Shown here piece after piece: positions 55,566 to 64,000 of a DNA stretch of 64,000 bases (position 1 is the stretch's first letter; each line of letters begins with the position of its first letter). The stretch lies in IMG/VR virus record IMGVR_UViG_3300023174_000079, positions 1 through 64,000 of that record; one strand, written 5' to 3'. Under the pieces are notes generated by a model. That model saw nothing but the letters and a program-made list of their open reading frames with translations, did not search any database and was not told where the DNA came from. The stretch is from a virus. The translations under genes and the position numbers were made by a program.

Positions 55566-58154
55566 CTAATTCATGCCAAGAAGATCGAAAAGATCAATTT
55601 GTACGTCATTACCGGGCTTCTTTACTGTCCAGTTAACTGCTTCATAAAAACGCTCAATAACTGAATAGATAATCTTTTCAAACATCTTCTCATAGTCGAT
55701 CTCAAACACTGATTGAAACTCCTTTGGATAGTAATATTTGTATCCTACAACAGATAGACCGAAACTATTTGGCTTCTTAACCTCAAAGAAGCGTACCTTA
55801 TCACCTGACGCCATCTTCTCGTATTTTCTTTCAATACCAAATCTATCAAGAAGAATATTATGGTAGTACGCAGCTTTAACATGCTTAGGCATTCCTTTTA
55901 CTGTCTCAAAGCCGCTGCATCGGTTAGCGTATTTTTCATATCCTTTTACACCCATCACAAATGCAATGTCCTCGAGAGGTAAACTCTTAAAGATTTCATA
56001 CGTCTCGTTAAATATTTTATTTGTCATTGTGTAGTCTTTGGTAAGAAGCATTGTTTCAATAATCTTCTTTACATAAGGTTTGATAGGAGCAGGCATTGTA
56101 GTACGTACTACTTCAACGCCTGTATACTTAAACTTTTTACCTGGTATACCTTCAACGTCGAGAGTATGTAGAACATAGCGCTTCTTAGCTAAGAATAAAC
56201 CTACATCTGCAATCGCTTCACGTTTGAACACTAGACGGCAGTCCTTTGATCCTAAAGAACTCTTTCCCCATACAATAATCTCCTTATTTAAATGATCTTC
56301 AATTTCTTCGACTGCCTTATAGTACTCAGGTGCAACATTACCGTCTTTATCAAAGACGGGTATTTTTTTCGCTTTAACTAAATGCTTAATAGAAATGTAG
56401 CTAGAGTCGGTATCGTTATAGATAATAGGAGAATTCTCTTGCAATTCTTCATCGGATAACCCGGTATTCGTTTTAATATAATCCGTTAAGATACGATTAG
56501 ATTCCTTAATAACTGCTTGACCTGTAAGCGTGATTGAATTTGCTAAATCGTCATCTCCAAGTGGACTGTGTTTGTTACCGAAGTATCCATATACAGTGTT
56601 CATCAAGATCTTTATTGTATGTTGACGAATATTAAGCCGATCTACTTCAACTTGAAGATCTTTATATTCCTGTGTATCATCCTTAAGAGTAACAAGCTTC
56701 TTTTTAGCTTTTGTAAGCTGCTTCTTTACTTCAACACGCTTACTGTAATAGTAATCAATTGTATCAGGAATGATGCCTTTCTCTTTTTGTGTAAACAAGA
56801 TCTTAGCTCTTGAGATAGCTATCTCTTCCTGCTTAACAAACGAAGCAAACTTATCATGATTGAGCGTAAAAGTCTGCCCATTAACATGCTTGATTGTTAT
56901 ATCTTTTTCTGTACTGTTAACAATCTTCCCGACTTTTGTCTCGGGTGAAAGATTTAACGTGATCATCGTGTTTGGATACAGGCTATTTGCGTCAAGAGAT
57001 ACTATATGCTCTTGGAATCCTTTCTGAGGATCGGCAACATAAGCGCCTTCGTTCTTTGGACCTTCTTTAACATCTTTAACAAACGTAGGGATACGCTTAT
57101 CTTTTAACCGAGCTCGTATGGAGCAAAGCCCGGTAATGACTGACAGTGATCCTAGAGCACCTTCAAACGTCGTAAGACCAGCGTACGCGATCATTCTCAA
57201 TAATTGAATGTACTGAAGTTTTTGTTCCAGTCTTACAAGCAGATTAACGTCTTGAATATTGTAATCAACGAATGTATCCCAATCACCATCTGCTAGTTCT
57301 GTAAGATTTTGATCACCGTAATCAATCTTTCTCTCCTGTAATTCAATTTCACCGATTGCATCTAGCTTATAGGACTCGCGTAATGTCTGACAAAAGCGCT
57401 TATAGATATCGAGATAATCTACACAAGAAAGCCCTTCAATGTGCCATTTGACTTGCTCTCTACCATACTTTCCCATAAACGTTCTTGAACGTAATGAACC
57501 TGCAGGAGAAAGTCTTTGCATAGCCTCTTCGCCAAGAACCTTTCTTACCCTATTAATAACATACGGTACGTCAAAGAACTCTGAGTTCCATCCTGAAAGA
57601 ATATCTGGATAATCTTTGCTAAAGAAATCTACAAACTTACGTAGTAATTCCTCTTCAGTCTTACATGCTATATAAACAACATCAGATGATTTAGCTGTAT
57701 AAGGCTTAAGTCCCCAAGAATAAAATTTCTTCGTAATTGTATCATAAATGGTAATAATATTAATTGTATCGTTCGGATCTTGGGGATCAGGAAATGCATC
57801 TGGTGAATAGGTCTCGATATCGATAAAATGTACCTTCAATTGATGCTTTGTAAAATCGGGCTTTTCATTCTCTTGCCAGTATGCATCGATTAAGAACTGT
57901 TGATAGACGTTAAAGTTTTCAAAGACTCTTGTTACTTTATTATCCTTAAGATACCGCGAACGATCGTATTGATTCCTAAATCTCTTCTTCTTTAACTTAG
58001 TATTGAAGATGCTCATAGCATCAGGAGCATTATTTGTCTCAAGATAAATGTATGGCTCGTACGTAGAGGGTATTGTTATTCGTTTACCGTTTTCATCCCA
58101 AGTATGAAGGTAAATTGTCTGTTCTTGCGGAGAGTATGAAACGTTCCTATACAC
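55566..58154 (-). CDS. gp43: family B DNA polymerase
   Basis: Exonuclease motifs DIET, WNSEFFD and YNIQD. Polymerase motifs SLDANSLYP, KILMNTVYG, YNDTDS and KKRY. C-terminal clamp-binding DLFDLL. Confidence 0.97.
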   Translation of the reverse strand: MYRNVSYSPQEQTIYLHTWDENGKRITIPSTYEPYIYLETNNAPDAMSIFNTKLKKKRFRNQYDRSRYLKDNKVTRVFENFNVYQQFLIDAYWQENEKPDFTKHQLKVHFIDIETYSPDAFPDPQDPNDTINIITIYDTITKKFYSWGLKPYTAKSSDVVYIACKTEEELLRKFVDFFSKDYPDILSGWNSEFFDVPYVINRVRKVLGEEAMQRLSPAGSLRSRTFMGKYGREQVKWHIEGLSCVDYLDIYKRFCQTLRESYKLDAIGEIELQERKIDYGDQNLTELADGDWDTFVDYNIQDVNLLVRLEQKLQYIQLLRMIAYAGLTTFEGALGSLSVITGLCSIRARLKDKRIPTFVKDVKEGPKNEGAYVADPQKGFQEHIVSLDANSLYPNTMITLNLSPETKVGKIVNSTEKDITIKHVNGQTFTLNHDKFASFVKQEEIAISRAKILFTQKEKGIIPDTIDYYYSKRVEVKKQLTKAKKKLVTLKDDTQEYKDLQVEVDRLNIRQHTIKILMNTVYGYFGNKHSPLGDDDLANSITLTGQAVIKESNRILTDYIKTNTGLSDEELQENSPIIYNDTDSSYISIKHLVKAKKIPVFDKDGNVAPEYYKAVEEIEDHLNKEIIVWGKSSLGSKDCRLVFKREAIADVGLFLAKKRYVLHTLDVEGIPGKKFKYTGVEVVRTTMPAPIKPYVKKIIETMLLTKDYTMTNKIFNETYEIFKSLPLEDIAFVMGVKGYEKYANRCSGFETVKGMPKHVKAAYYHNILLDRFGIERKYEKMASGDKVRFFEVKKPNSFGLSVVGYKYYYPKEFQSVFEIDYEKMFEKIIYSVIERFYEAVNWTVKKPGNDVQIDLFDLLGMN

Positions 58155-58185
58155 ACCAATAGTATACTACCACTAATTATTGCAA

Positions 58186-59424
58186 TCAAGCCTTAATACC
58201 ATTAATAGCATTAAGCAACTTTCTATCTTTATGACCGAAGGGAAGTGTATGAAGCTCAACATATTTGTTGATATTGTCCTCGTTCTCTAACCAACGATCT
58301 TCAGCCATCTTACGCATTTTAGCAGATATGTTCATATATCTACCTTTCTTAGAGAGAACATCATCCACGATATCAATCATCTCCTCACCGGTGTCAAACT
58401 TATACGGCGCGTTTTCGTACGTAACAAGATTCTGACAGGCAATTGGCAAACCGTAGCAGCATGCTTCGACGAGCTTAAGATCAGATTTTGCTTTGTTAAA
58501 CGTATTATCCTGAAGAGGAGCGACCATCATCTGGACATTCAAGCTAGCAATCTTTTCTGGATATCTATAGAGGGTCTCCCATGGGTGGTATTCAAACTCT
58601 TTGCTCTGAATAAGATCATGAAGTGGTAGTGGGTATGCACCGAGGAATACCCACTGATATTTGTCCTTTGTTGCGCGAATTACCTGATTAACATGCGCAA
58701 AGTCATCATTTTGTCCAACACGATTATCAACATCAAAATGAGCTCCAGAGCCGGCGTAAAGAATTCGAGGCTTCTTTTGATAGCGATCGTAATTATCTGA
58801 AATTTTCTTTTCGTTATAGAAGTTTCCCATCCAGAATTTTGGCGGGTAATTAGGAATAACAGTAACGTTCTTGTTAGCAGTTTTACCCATATAGTACTCT
58901 TTCATGAAATCACAGGTTACTGTAATCTCATCGCACAGCTCCATAATCTCTTGTGCTGTTTTGCGAATTTCAGGATTAACAAAAGCTGGCTTGAACTTAT
59001 TGTACTCGGGAATATCTTCACTAAACACGAGATCATCAATCTCGTAAATAATTCTAAAACCTAATTGCTTACTAAGCTCTTTAAGAAATTTAACAAATTG
59101 AAGCTGATGCGGCGTGGCTTGACGTTGAATGCGTACGCATTCTGTTCCTCGAAAATAATTCGGATCAAAACACATCATCGTACTACCGTGTACAACCATC
59201 TTTTGATGAGCGTTTAAGATATGTTCAGGCCAAATCAATCGCCAAAATCCACAACCGCTATAATCTGCATAGTAATTCATTACTCGTTTTAACGAGAGTT
59301 CAGGAGGTTGTGGTAGGGCCTCGGGTACAGATTGTTGTATAGGCTGCATCCCGAATGGCGCCACAAAGGGAGAAGTGAAAGGTGAGGCAAAGGGCGATGC
59401 AAACGGGCTCGGTGTCATGTTCAT
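58186..59424 (-). CDS. GT-B fold glycosyltransferase with N-terminal SPFx repeats
   Basis: GCGFWRL, YEIDD, VIPN and APLQDNTFNKAKSDLKLVE motifs. Confidence 0.75.
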   Translation of the reverse strand: MNMTPSPFASPFASPFTSPFVAPFGMQPIQQSVPEALPQPPELSLKRVMNYYADYSGCGFWRLIWPEHILNAHQKMVVHGSTMMCFDPNYFRGTECVRIQRQATPHQLQFVKFLKELSKQLGFRIIYEIDDLVFSEDIPEYNKFKPAFVNPEIRKTAQEIMELCDEITVTCDFMKEYYMGKTANKNVTVIPNYPPKFWMGNFYNEKKISDNYDRYQKKPRILYAGSGAHFDVDNRVGQNDDFAHVNQVIRATKDKYQWVFLGAYPLPLHDLIQSKEFEYHPWETLYRYPEKIASLNVQMMVAPLQDNTFNKAKSDLKLVEACCYGLPIACQNLVTYENAPYKFDTGEEMIDIVDDVLSKKGRYMNISAKMRKMAEDRWLENEDNINKYVELHTLPFGHKDRKLLNAINGIKA

Positions 59425-59428
59425 ATAA

Positions 59429-61240
59429 TTATATGGCAGTGTCTACGTAATCAACGCGTTTTGTAATACCATTACTCTTTTCCAGGAAAATAACATCACC
59501 GGTAGCTGCTTTCACGCTTTCTTTACGGTGACTGATAACCATGATGCTTTCGTTATATTTTTCAACACGCTCCTTCAGTACATTAATAACAAGTTCGATA
59601 CCACGAGCATCTAAACTCGAATCAAATAGTTCGTCGTAAATACTAAAGTTAAAACATACATCACCCTGTAATCTACGCATATCCATGAATGTAAAGAGAC
59701 AAGCAAGGTCCATATTCTTTCTCTCAGCTCCGCTAAAATTAAAATACGAACGCTGTGCTCCTTTAATATCAACGATTTCCTCTTCAAAATATTCATTAAA
59801 CGTACAAATACAGTTGGCGTCCATTTTCTGAAGATAGTAAGCAAGTTTGCTATTAAACAATTGAAGTATTTTCTTAACAATATATGACTTTACACCTTCC
59901 TCTGAGACAACAAATTTTACAACATCTAATACGTTTGTTGTTTCTTTAATTGTTTCAAGACCAGTTGTCAATCTTGTAAGCTCTTGCTGCTTTTCATCGA
60001 TTAATGTATCAAACTGCGTTGACGCTTGCTCGAGATCTTTTAAATCCTGATCAAGCATTGTTTGCCATTCATTTAATTGAATTAAACGTGCTTGTCGATT
60101 TTGTTGATCTTTTATTTCGAGATTATATGCATGAATACTATTTTCTAATGTACTGATCTTAGTGTTGACATCATTACGCTTTAAAACAAGTGTCGACTCA
60201 ATATCAGTCTGGTCATTAATAATTTGTTTATGATCTTCAATGTCGTTAGTAAGCTTCTGCTTTTCCTTCTTAATATGGTCCTTATCAGTTTCTTTGATCG
60301 AGCGTAAACATGTGGGGCATTTATCTTTATCTGTACCTACGGCATTTATTTGTTTTTGAATTTGTGTTATCAATGTTTGACTCTCACTTCTTGTGTGTCT
60401 ACAAGCTTGTATCTTATCATCGACTTTAGTATTAGCATCTTTGAGCTTGGTGATAGCAGCATTAATATTATCAATACTTTTTTCTTTAAAAGAATTTATT
60501 ATTTCTGTCACTTCAACAATTTCTTTAGCATTATTAATCTTTCGTTGTGTGTACTTTTCATGCTTTTGCTTTCGTTCATCAAGAGTATTGTCTCGCTGAC
60601 GAATATAGCTTCTAAGAACCTTATCTACTTCCTCATACCTAGTACCTTCAATATCAAGAGATTTTTTATTTTCTGTTACATCGGCTTTTAACAAGGTCGA
60701 CATATTACTGAATACACCGAGATTAAAAATATCTTCAATAAATTTTCTCTTTTCTTGTTTCTTTTTCGCCATAAACGGAGTAGTGTTGTTTATGGTCATA
60801 ATCACACAATTCTGAAATATTTCAGGCGTGCAATTAAACTTCTTCATAATGAAGTTATTTGTATTTGAAATACTATCTCTTGTTTTATCCTCATCGTTAA
60901 TATAGATAAAGCATTTTGAGGGCTCTAATGTACGTACAATTTTAATATTTTCAATGGTATCAAATTGATTAATTGTTGCTTCTAATATAACTTCGCAGTT
61001 TTTCTTGTTGATGCTATTAACAATAAATTCTTTTTTAAGATCTCTAAGTGTTTCACCAAATACAGCAAAGTTGATAGCATCAGCTATTGTCGATTTACCG
61101 ACACCATTTTGTCGATCCTCCTTGTCTTTATTGATACCTGTAATAATATGGAGACCACGTTTAAAGTCTACAGTAACAGGGGCATTACCGACGGAGAGAA
61201 AATTCTTTATCGTTATATTTTTGAAATTAATTTGTTTCAT
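59429..61240 (-). CDS. gp46: Rad50/SbcC-like recombination ATPase
   Basis: KNFLSVGN, NGVGKST, CPTC zinc hook, FSGAE, YDELFDSSLD and VISH motifs. Confidence 0.95.
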   Translation of the reverse strand: MKQINFKNITIKNFLSVGNAPVTVDFKRGLHIITGINKDKEDRQNGVGKSTIADAINFAVFGETLRDLKKEFIVNSINKKNCEVILEATINQFDTIENIKIVRTLEPSKCFIYINDEDKTRDSISNTNNFIMKKFNCTPEIFQNCVIMTINNTTPFMAKKKQEKRKFIEDIFNLGVFSNMSTLLKADVTENKKSLDIEGTRYEEVDKVLRSYIRQRDNTLDERKQKHEKYTQRKINNAKEIVEVTEIINSFKEKSIDNINAAITKLKDANTKVDDKIQACRHTRSESQTLITQIQKQINAVGTDKDKCPTCLRSIKETDKDHIKKEKQKLTNDIEDHKQIINDQTDIESTLVLKRNDVNTKISTLENSIHAYNLEIKDQQNRQARLIQLNEWQTMLDQDLKDLEQASTQFDTLIDEKQQELTRLTTGLETIKETTNVLDVVKFVVSEEGVKSYIVKKILQLFNSKLAYYLQKMDANCICTFNEYFEEEIVDIKGAQRSYFNFSGAERKNMDLACLFTFMDMRRLQGDVCFNFSIYDELFDSSLDARGIELVINVLKERVEKYNESIMVISHRKESVKAATGDVIFLEKSNGITKRVDYVDTAI

Positions 61241-62295
61241 ATTTCGCTTGCGCGTTTATATAAATCAGCACAATACTTGATTATATTCTCTTTGTTGTCA
61301 ATATCTAGCACGTTAATAAATTCCTCAATAGTTGCCTGCATATTCACCCCAGTTGATTCATAACCCTTATCGTCAATATTGTAATTATTTTCCGTATAGG
61401 TATAATCTGTAGTAAATGCTAATGGCTTATAGACAGAAAACTTTTGAATTAAAGCGTCAATAGCATCACTATTTGCTTTCTTATCGACAACAAATTTAAC
61501 AAAATTACCGTTAACCATTTCATTAATATCTGCGCCAGTCAGCGACTTAGCGTTCGTCAATTCAGTAAGTGATATCTTTCTGTGCTTTGGTGATATATTA
61601 TTTTCAAAGAAATTATAATTTAGTGTTTCAAGGTCGAGAGTATAATACCCTTTAATACCACCTAGGTCGCCAAAATCCATCTCAAACGGATTACCGACAT
61701 ATACGATTGTACCGTCATTATATACTCTTTCGTCTCTAAGATGGAAGTGACCTGACATCACAAGCTTTGCTTTAGTAAGCAGATCACGAGTCTTAGTACC
61801 GTGATCACATGTCTTAAAGCTGTTCATTTTAAAGCTCTCAATTTCTAAATGCCCAAAAATAGCATCAGATTTTGGTAAATCTGAAATATCGCCTCCCCAG
61901 GGAATAAATGTAAACGTCTTGCCAAAGAGAGTACTCGTTGTTGTTTCACTAATAACAGTTAAATTTTTTCTACCACTAAGAATGGATAATGAATTAACGT
62001 CGGAACGATCCTTATAATAGGCGTCGTGGTTACCGACGATCATAACTACATTAAACTCACTTAGCTTATCTAAAACTAGACTTGCAACATGTAATGTAGA
62101 AACGGATATGTCACTTCTATGATGATAGAAGTCACCAAGAAATAAGACATCTCTAATATCTTGCTTTTTAAGCTCCGATACAAACCAATCACACCATTCT
62201 AGAGCAACTTGATGCCATGTAGTAGAATCAAGATGTACTCCTAAATGTAGATCGGAAAATATAGCTACTTTTGATTTGTTTAAAAATAAATCCAC
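61237..62295 (-). CDS. gp47: Mre11/SbcD-like nuclease
   Basis: SDLHLG, LGD, VGNHD, FGHLE and SGHFH motifs. Confidence 0.95.
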   Translation of the reverse strand: MDLFLNKSKVAIFSDLHLGVHLDSTTWHQVALEWCDWFVSELKKQDIRDVLFLGDFYHHRSDISVSTLHVASLVLDKLSEFNVVMIVGNHDAYYKDRSDVNSLSILSGRKNLTVISETTTSTLFGKTFTFIPWGGDISDLPKSDAIFGHLEIESFKMNSFKTCDHGTKTRDLLTKAKLVMSGHFHLRDERVYNDGTIVYVGNPFEMDFGDLGGIKGYYTLDLETLNYNFFENNISPKHRKISLTELTNAKSLTGADINEMVNGNFVKFVVDKKANSDAIDALIQKFSVYKPLAFTTDYTYTENNYNIDDKGYESTGVNMQATIEEFINVLDIDNKENIIKYCADLYKRASEI

Positions 62296-62297
62296 AA

Positions 62298-62909
62298 TTA
62301 TTCGTCAGCGTCATCACCTGTGGGCTCAATATAAATATGAGCACCGTTATTTTCTTCAGGGTTAAGCATTAATTCTGTATAGACTTTTTCTCTATACTCG
62401 TTAATGGCTTCATGATGCTTCTTTTCTTTTTTAATTCTATTAATAAAAGCGTGAAATGCAATAGTAGTGAAATATGAAAACGGACTAAATCCACAATCGA
62501 TCTTAAACTTCTTATTCTTTAATGCTGAAAACATCTTAACAACAGCATCGCCGACCATATCTTCCTTATACGAATAATTTAAAAAATTAGGGGCATAAGA
62601 AAGACCGTTGGCTATTTTATTAATACTTTCACACAGCTTATCAGTCATTGTGTCTGTTTTATAGTAGTTTCTTATTTCGTCTTCGAATTCTCGGCTATTG
62701 ACGTAATGAACCTTATCCTTTGGCTTGATCTTTTTAGGTGTTTCAACTTCATCAGCAATAGGCAGCGTCTGAATAATCTCTTGTGGAAGAACCTCTACGA
62801 TATCTTCCTCCTCGGATGTGAGATTAAGATCTAAGATAATAGGATCAGCTTTAGCCTTCTTACTTTTCTTCGATTTCTTTGATTGCAAATGGGATGTGTT
62901 CTTTTTCAT
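62298..62909 (-). CDS. gp55: late-transcription sigma factor
   Basis: HYVNSREF, KIANGLSYAPNFLNYSYKEDMVGDA and PFSYFTTIAFHAFINRIKKEKK motifs. Confidence 0.92.
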   Translation of the reverse strand: MKKNTSHLQSKKSKKSKKAKADPIILDLNLTSEEEDIVEVLPQEIIQTLPIADEVETPKKIKPKDKVHYVNSREFEDEIRNYYKTDTMTDKLCESINKIANGLSYAPNFLNYSYKEDMVGDAVVKMFSALKNKKFKIDCGFSPFSYFTTIAFHAFINRIKKEKKHHEAINEYREKVYTELMLNPEENNGAHIYIEPTGDDADE

Positions 62910-63999
62910 AAAGTGCTTGTCGTTTTAATGCATGTGCAGCGCTATAGCGGAGATCATCAGTAATATCAAATATTATAAGCTTAGTTTTATCTTTATGCAA
63001 CCTAAGACCTCTACCAATCGATTGAACAATTTTTATCTTGGCCTTACCACCGCATGCAAAGATTATATAATGTAAATTTTTAATATTGATTCCGGTTGAG
63101 AAGATTTTTGATATAGCTACTACCACGACATTGCTATTAGTCTCCATGAGCTGTCTGACTCTATCACGCTCCTCTACTTCAACTTCTCCGCGAATAAAAA
63201 AGCATTGTTTCTCAGGCATCATACGCTGAACGATATCGAATAATAGTTCGCCGTGTTGGATATAATCAACCATTATAAGAGAATTTTGATTCAGACCCTT
63301 AGTAAGCTTTGCAATGAGTTCGTTTCGAAAGGTGGAGGTCGTGAGGTATTCTAGTTCTTCTCTATATGCATTTCCGCCATCAGTTTTTTTTGGTACGTTC
63401 TTATGTAAAAGTTTAATAACCTGAATTGATGCATTACTTACATAGTTATCTTGTCTTAGATCGTAGCTATTTTTTTCATAGATAACCGGGCCAATCTTAC
63501 CGATAATATTCCATTGATCTAAGCTCTCCTCAGGCATTGTACCTGTAAATCCAAACCTATAAGGTGTTTTAATTTTCTTAAGAATATCGTTTACTTTATT
63601 ACCTTTACGAATTTTATGTACTTCATCGACAATTAACAGGTCGATGTCCTCCAGCCAATCTAAATTACTATTTTTGCTTTGTAAGATACCAAGATTTGAT
63701 ACAATTACGTTAGATGATAGATCTAAATCATCGTCACCTGTCCATTTTGAAACTTTAAATGGTACACCGTAATCAATAAAATCTTGATAGGTCTGCGATG
63801 CAAGACCACGATCTGGTACAATAAAGAGACATTTAAAGTCTTGTTTATTGTATGGTGACATATAGAGTCGATAGACTTTGGAAATTAGTGAAGCTGACGT
63901 TAGTGTTTTGCCACCTGCAGTAGCAAGAATAATAGTACCCCTTCCATTAAAAAGACATTCCTTTACGATATCTTCTTGATAGTCTCTAAGGCTTAATTT
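62860..63999 (-). CDS. uvsW: SF2 helicase UvsW, 5' partial
   Basis: Frame stays open to the window edge (LRDYQ...LATAGGKT upstream of the tracked ATG). DEVH, GFTGT, FSTGINI and QSIGRGLR motifs. Confidence 0.93.
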   Translation of the reverse strand, partial: KLSLRDYQEDIVKECLFNGRGTIILATAGGKTLTSASLISKVYRLYMSPYNKQDFKCLFIVPDRGLASQTYQDFIDYGVPFKVSKWTGDDDLDLSSNVIVSNLGILQSKNSNLDWLEDIDLLIVDEVHKIRKGNKVNDILKKIKTPYRFGFTGTMPEESLDQWNIIGKIGPVIYEKNSYDLRQDNYVSNASIQVIKLLHKNVPKKTDGGNAYREELEYLTTSTFRNELIAKLTKGLNQNSLIMVDYIQHGELLFDIVQRMMPEKQCFFIRGEVEVEERDRVRQLMETNSNVVVVAISKIFSTGINIKNLHYIIFACGGKAKIKIVQSIGRGLRLHKDKTKLIIFDITDDLRYSAAHALKRQALYEKEHIPFAIKEIEEK

Positions 64000-64000
64000 A

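Noticed and set aside
55566-58154. YNDTDS instead of YGDTDS in the polymerase as a sign of modified-nucleotide use
   Set aside because: A single substitution outside the catalytic aspartates is too weak to support the claim without an alignment.
1-64000. Stop-codon reassignment
   Set aside because: Core genes are full length in the standard code, and TAA, TAG and TGA all end well-supported genes.
1-64000. tRNA, rRNA or structured ncRNA genes
   Set aside because: Intergenic gaps are mostly under 100 nt and are explained by promoters, terminators or microproteins. No cloverleaf was seen by eye; tRNAscan-SE and Infernal were not run.

Overview
A gene-dense, AT-rich segment of a large T4-like (Tevenvirinae-type) myovirus genome in the standard genetic code. 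The host is probably diderm, judging by the lipoprotein spanin. In order, the window holds: (1) an accessory early region (1-3.3 kb) of small genes, several behind their own copy of a repeated sigma70 promoter; it includes cysC and is almost free of CG dinucleotides up to about 2.7 kb. (2) A lysis cassette with a candidate unimolecular spanin, two unannotated membrane microproteins, a holin and an endolysin. (3) Baseplate and tail genes (gp25, gp6, gp53, tape measure, gp26-like, gp19, gp18, gp3), with gp44, dut and a TerS candidate interspersed. (4) A large terminase fractured into two genes by an atypically split intein (29-aa IntN, 107-aa IntC), with a free-standing Vsr-like endonuclease between the halves and a second, class 3 LAGLIDADG intein in the Walker A motif. 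(5) Neck protein gp14. (6) A replication block (gp61, gp45, gp32, gp41, uvsX, gp43, gp46/47, gp55, uvsW) containing a QueC-like enzyme, a class II glutamine amidotransferase and two glycosyltransferases, a candidate DNA hypermodification pathway. Most promoters sit only 5-10 nt upstream of the start codon, which implies largely leaderless translation. No tRNA, rRNA or CRISPR array was seen. All calls come from reading motifs by eye; no database search was run.
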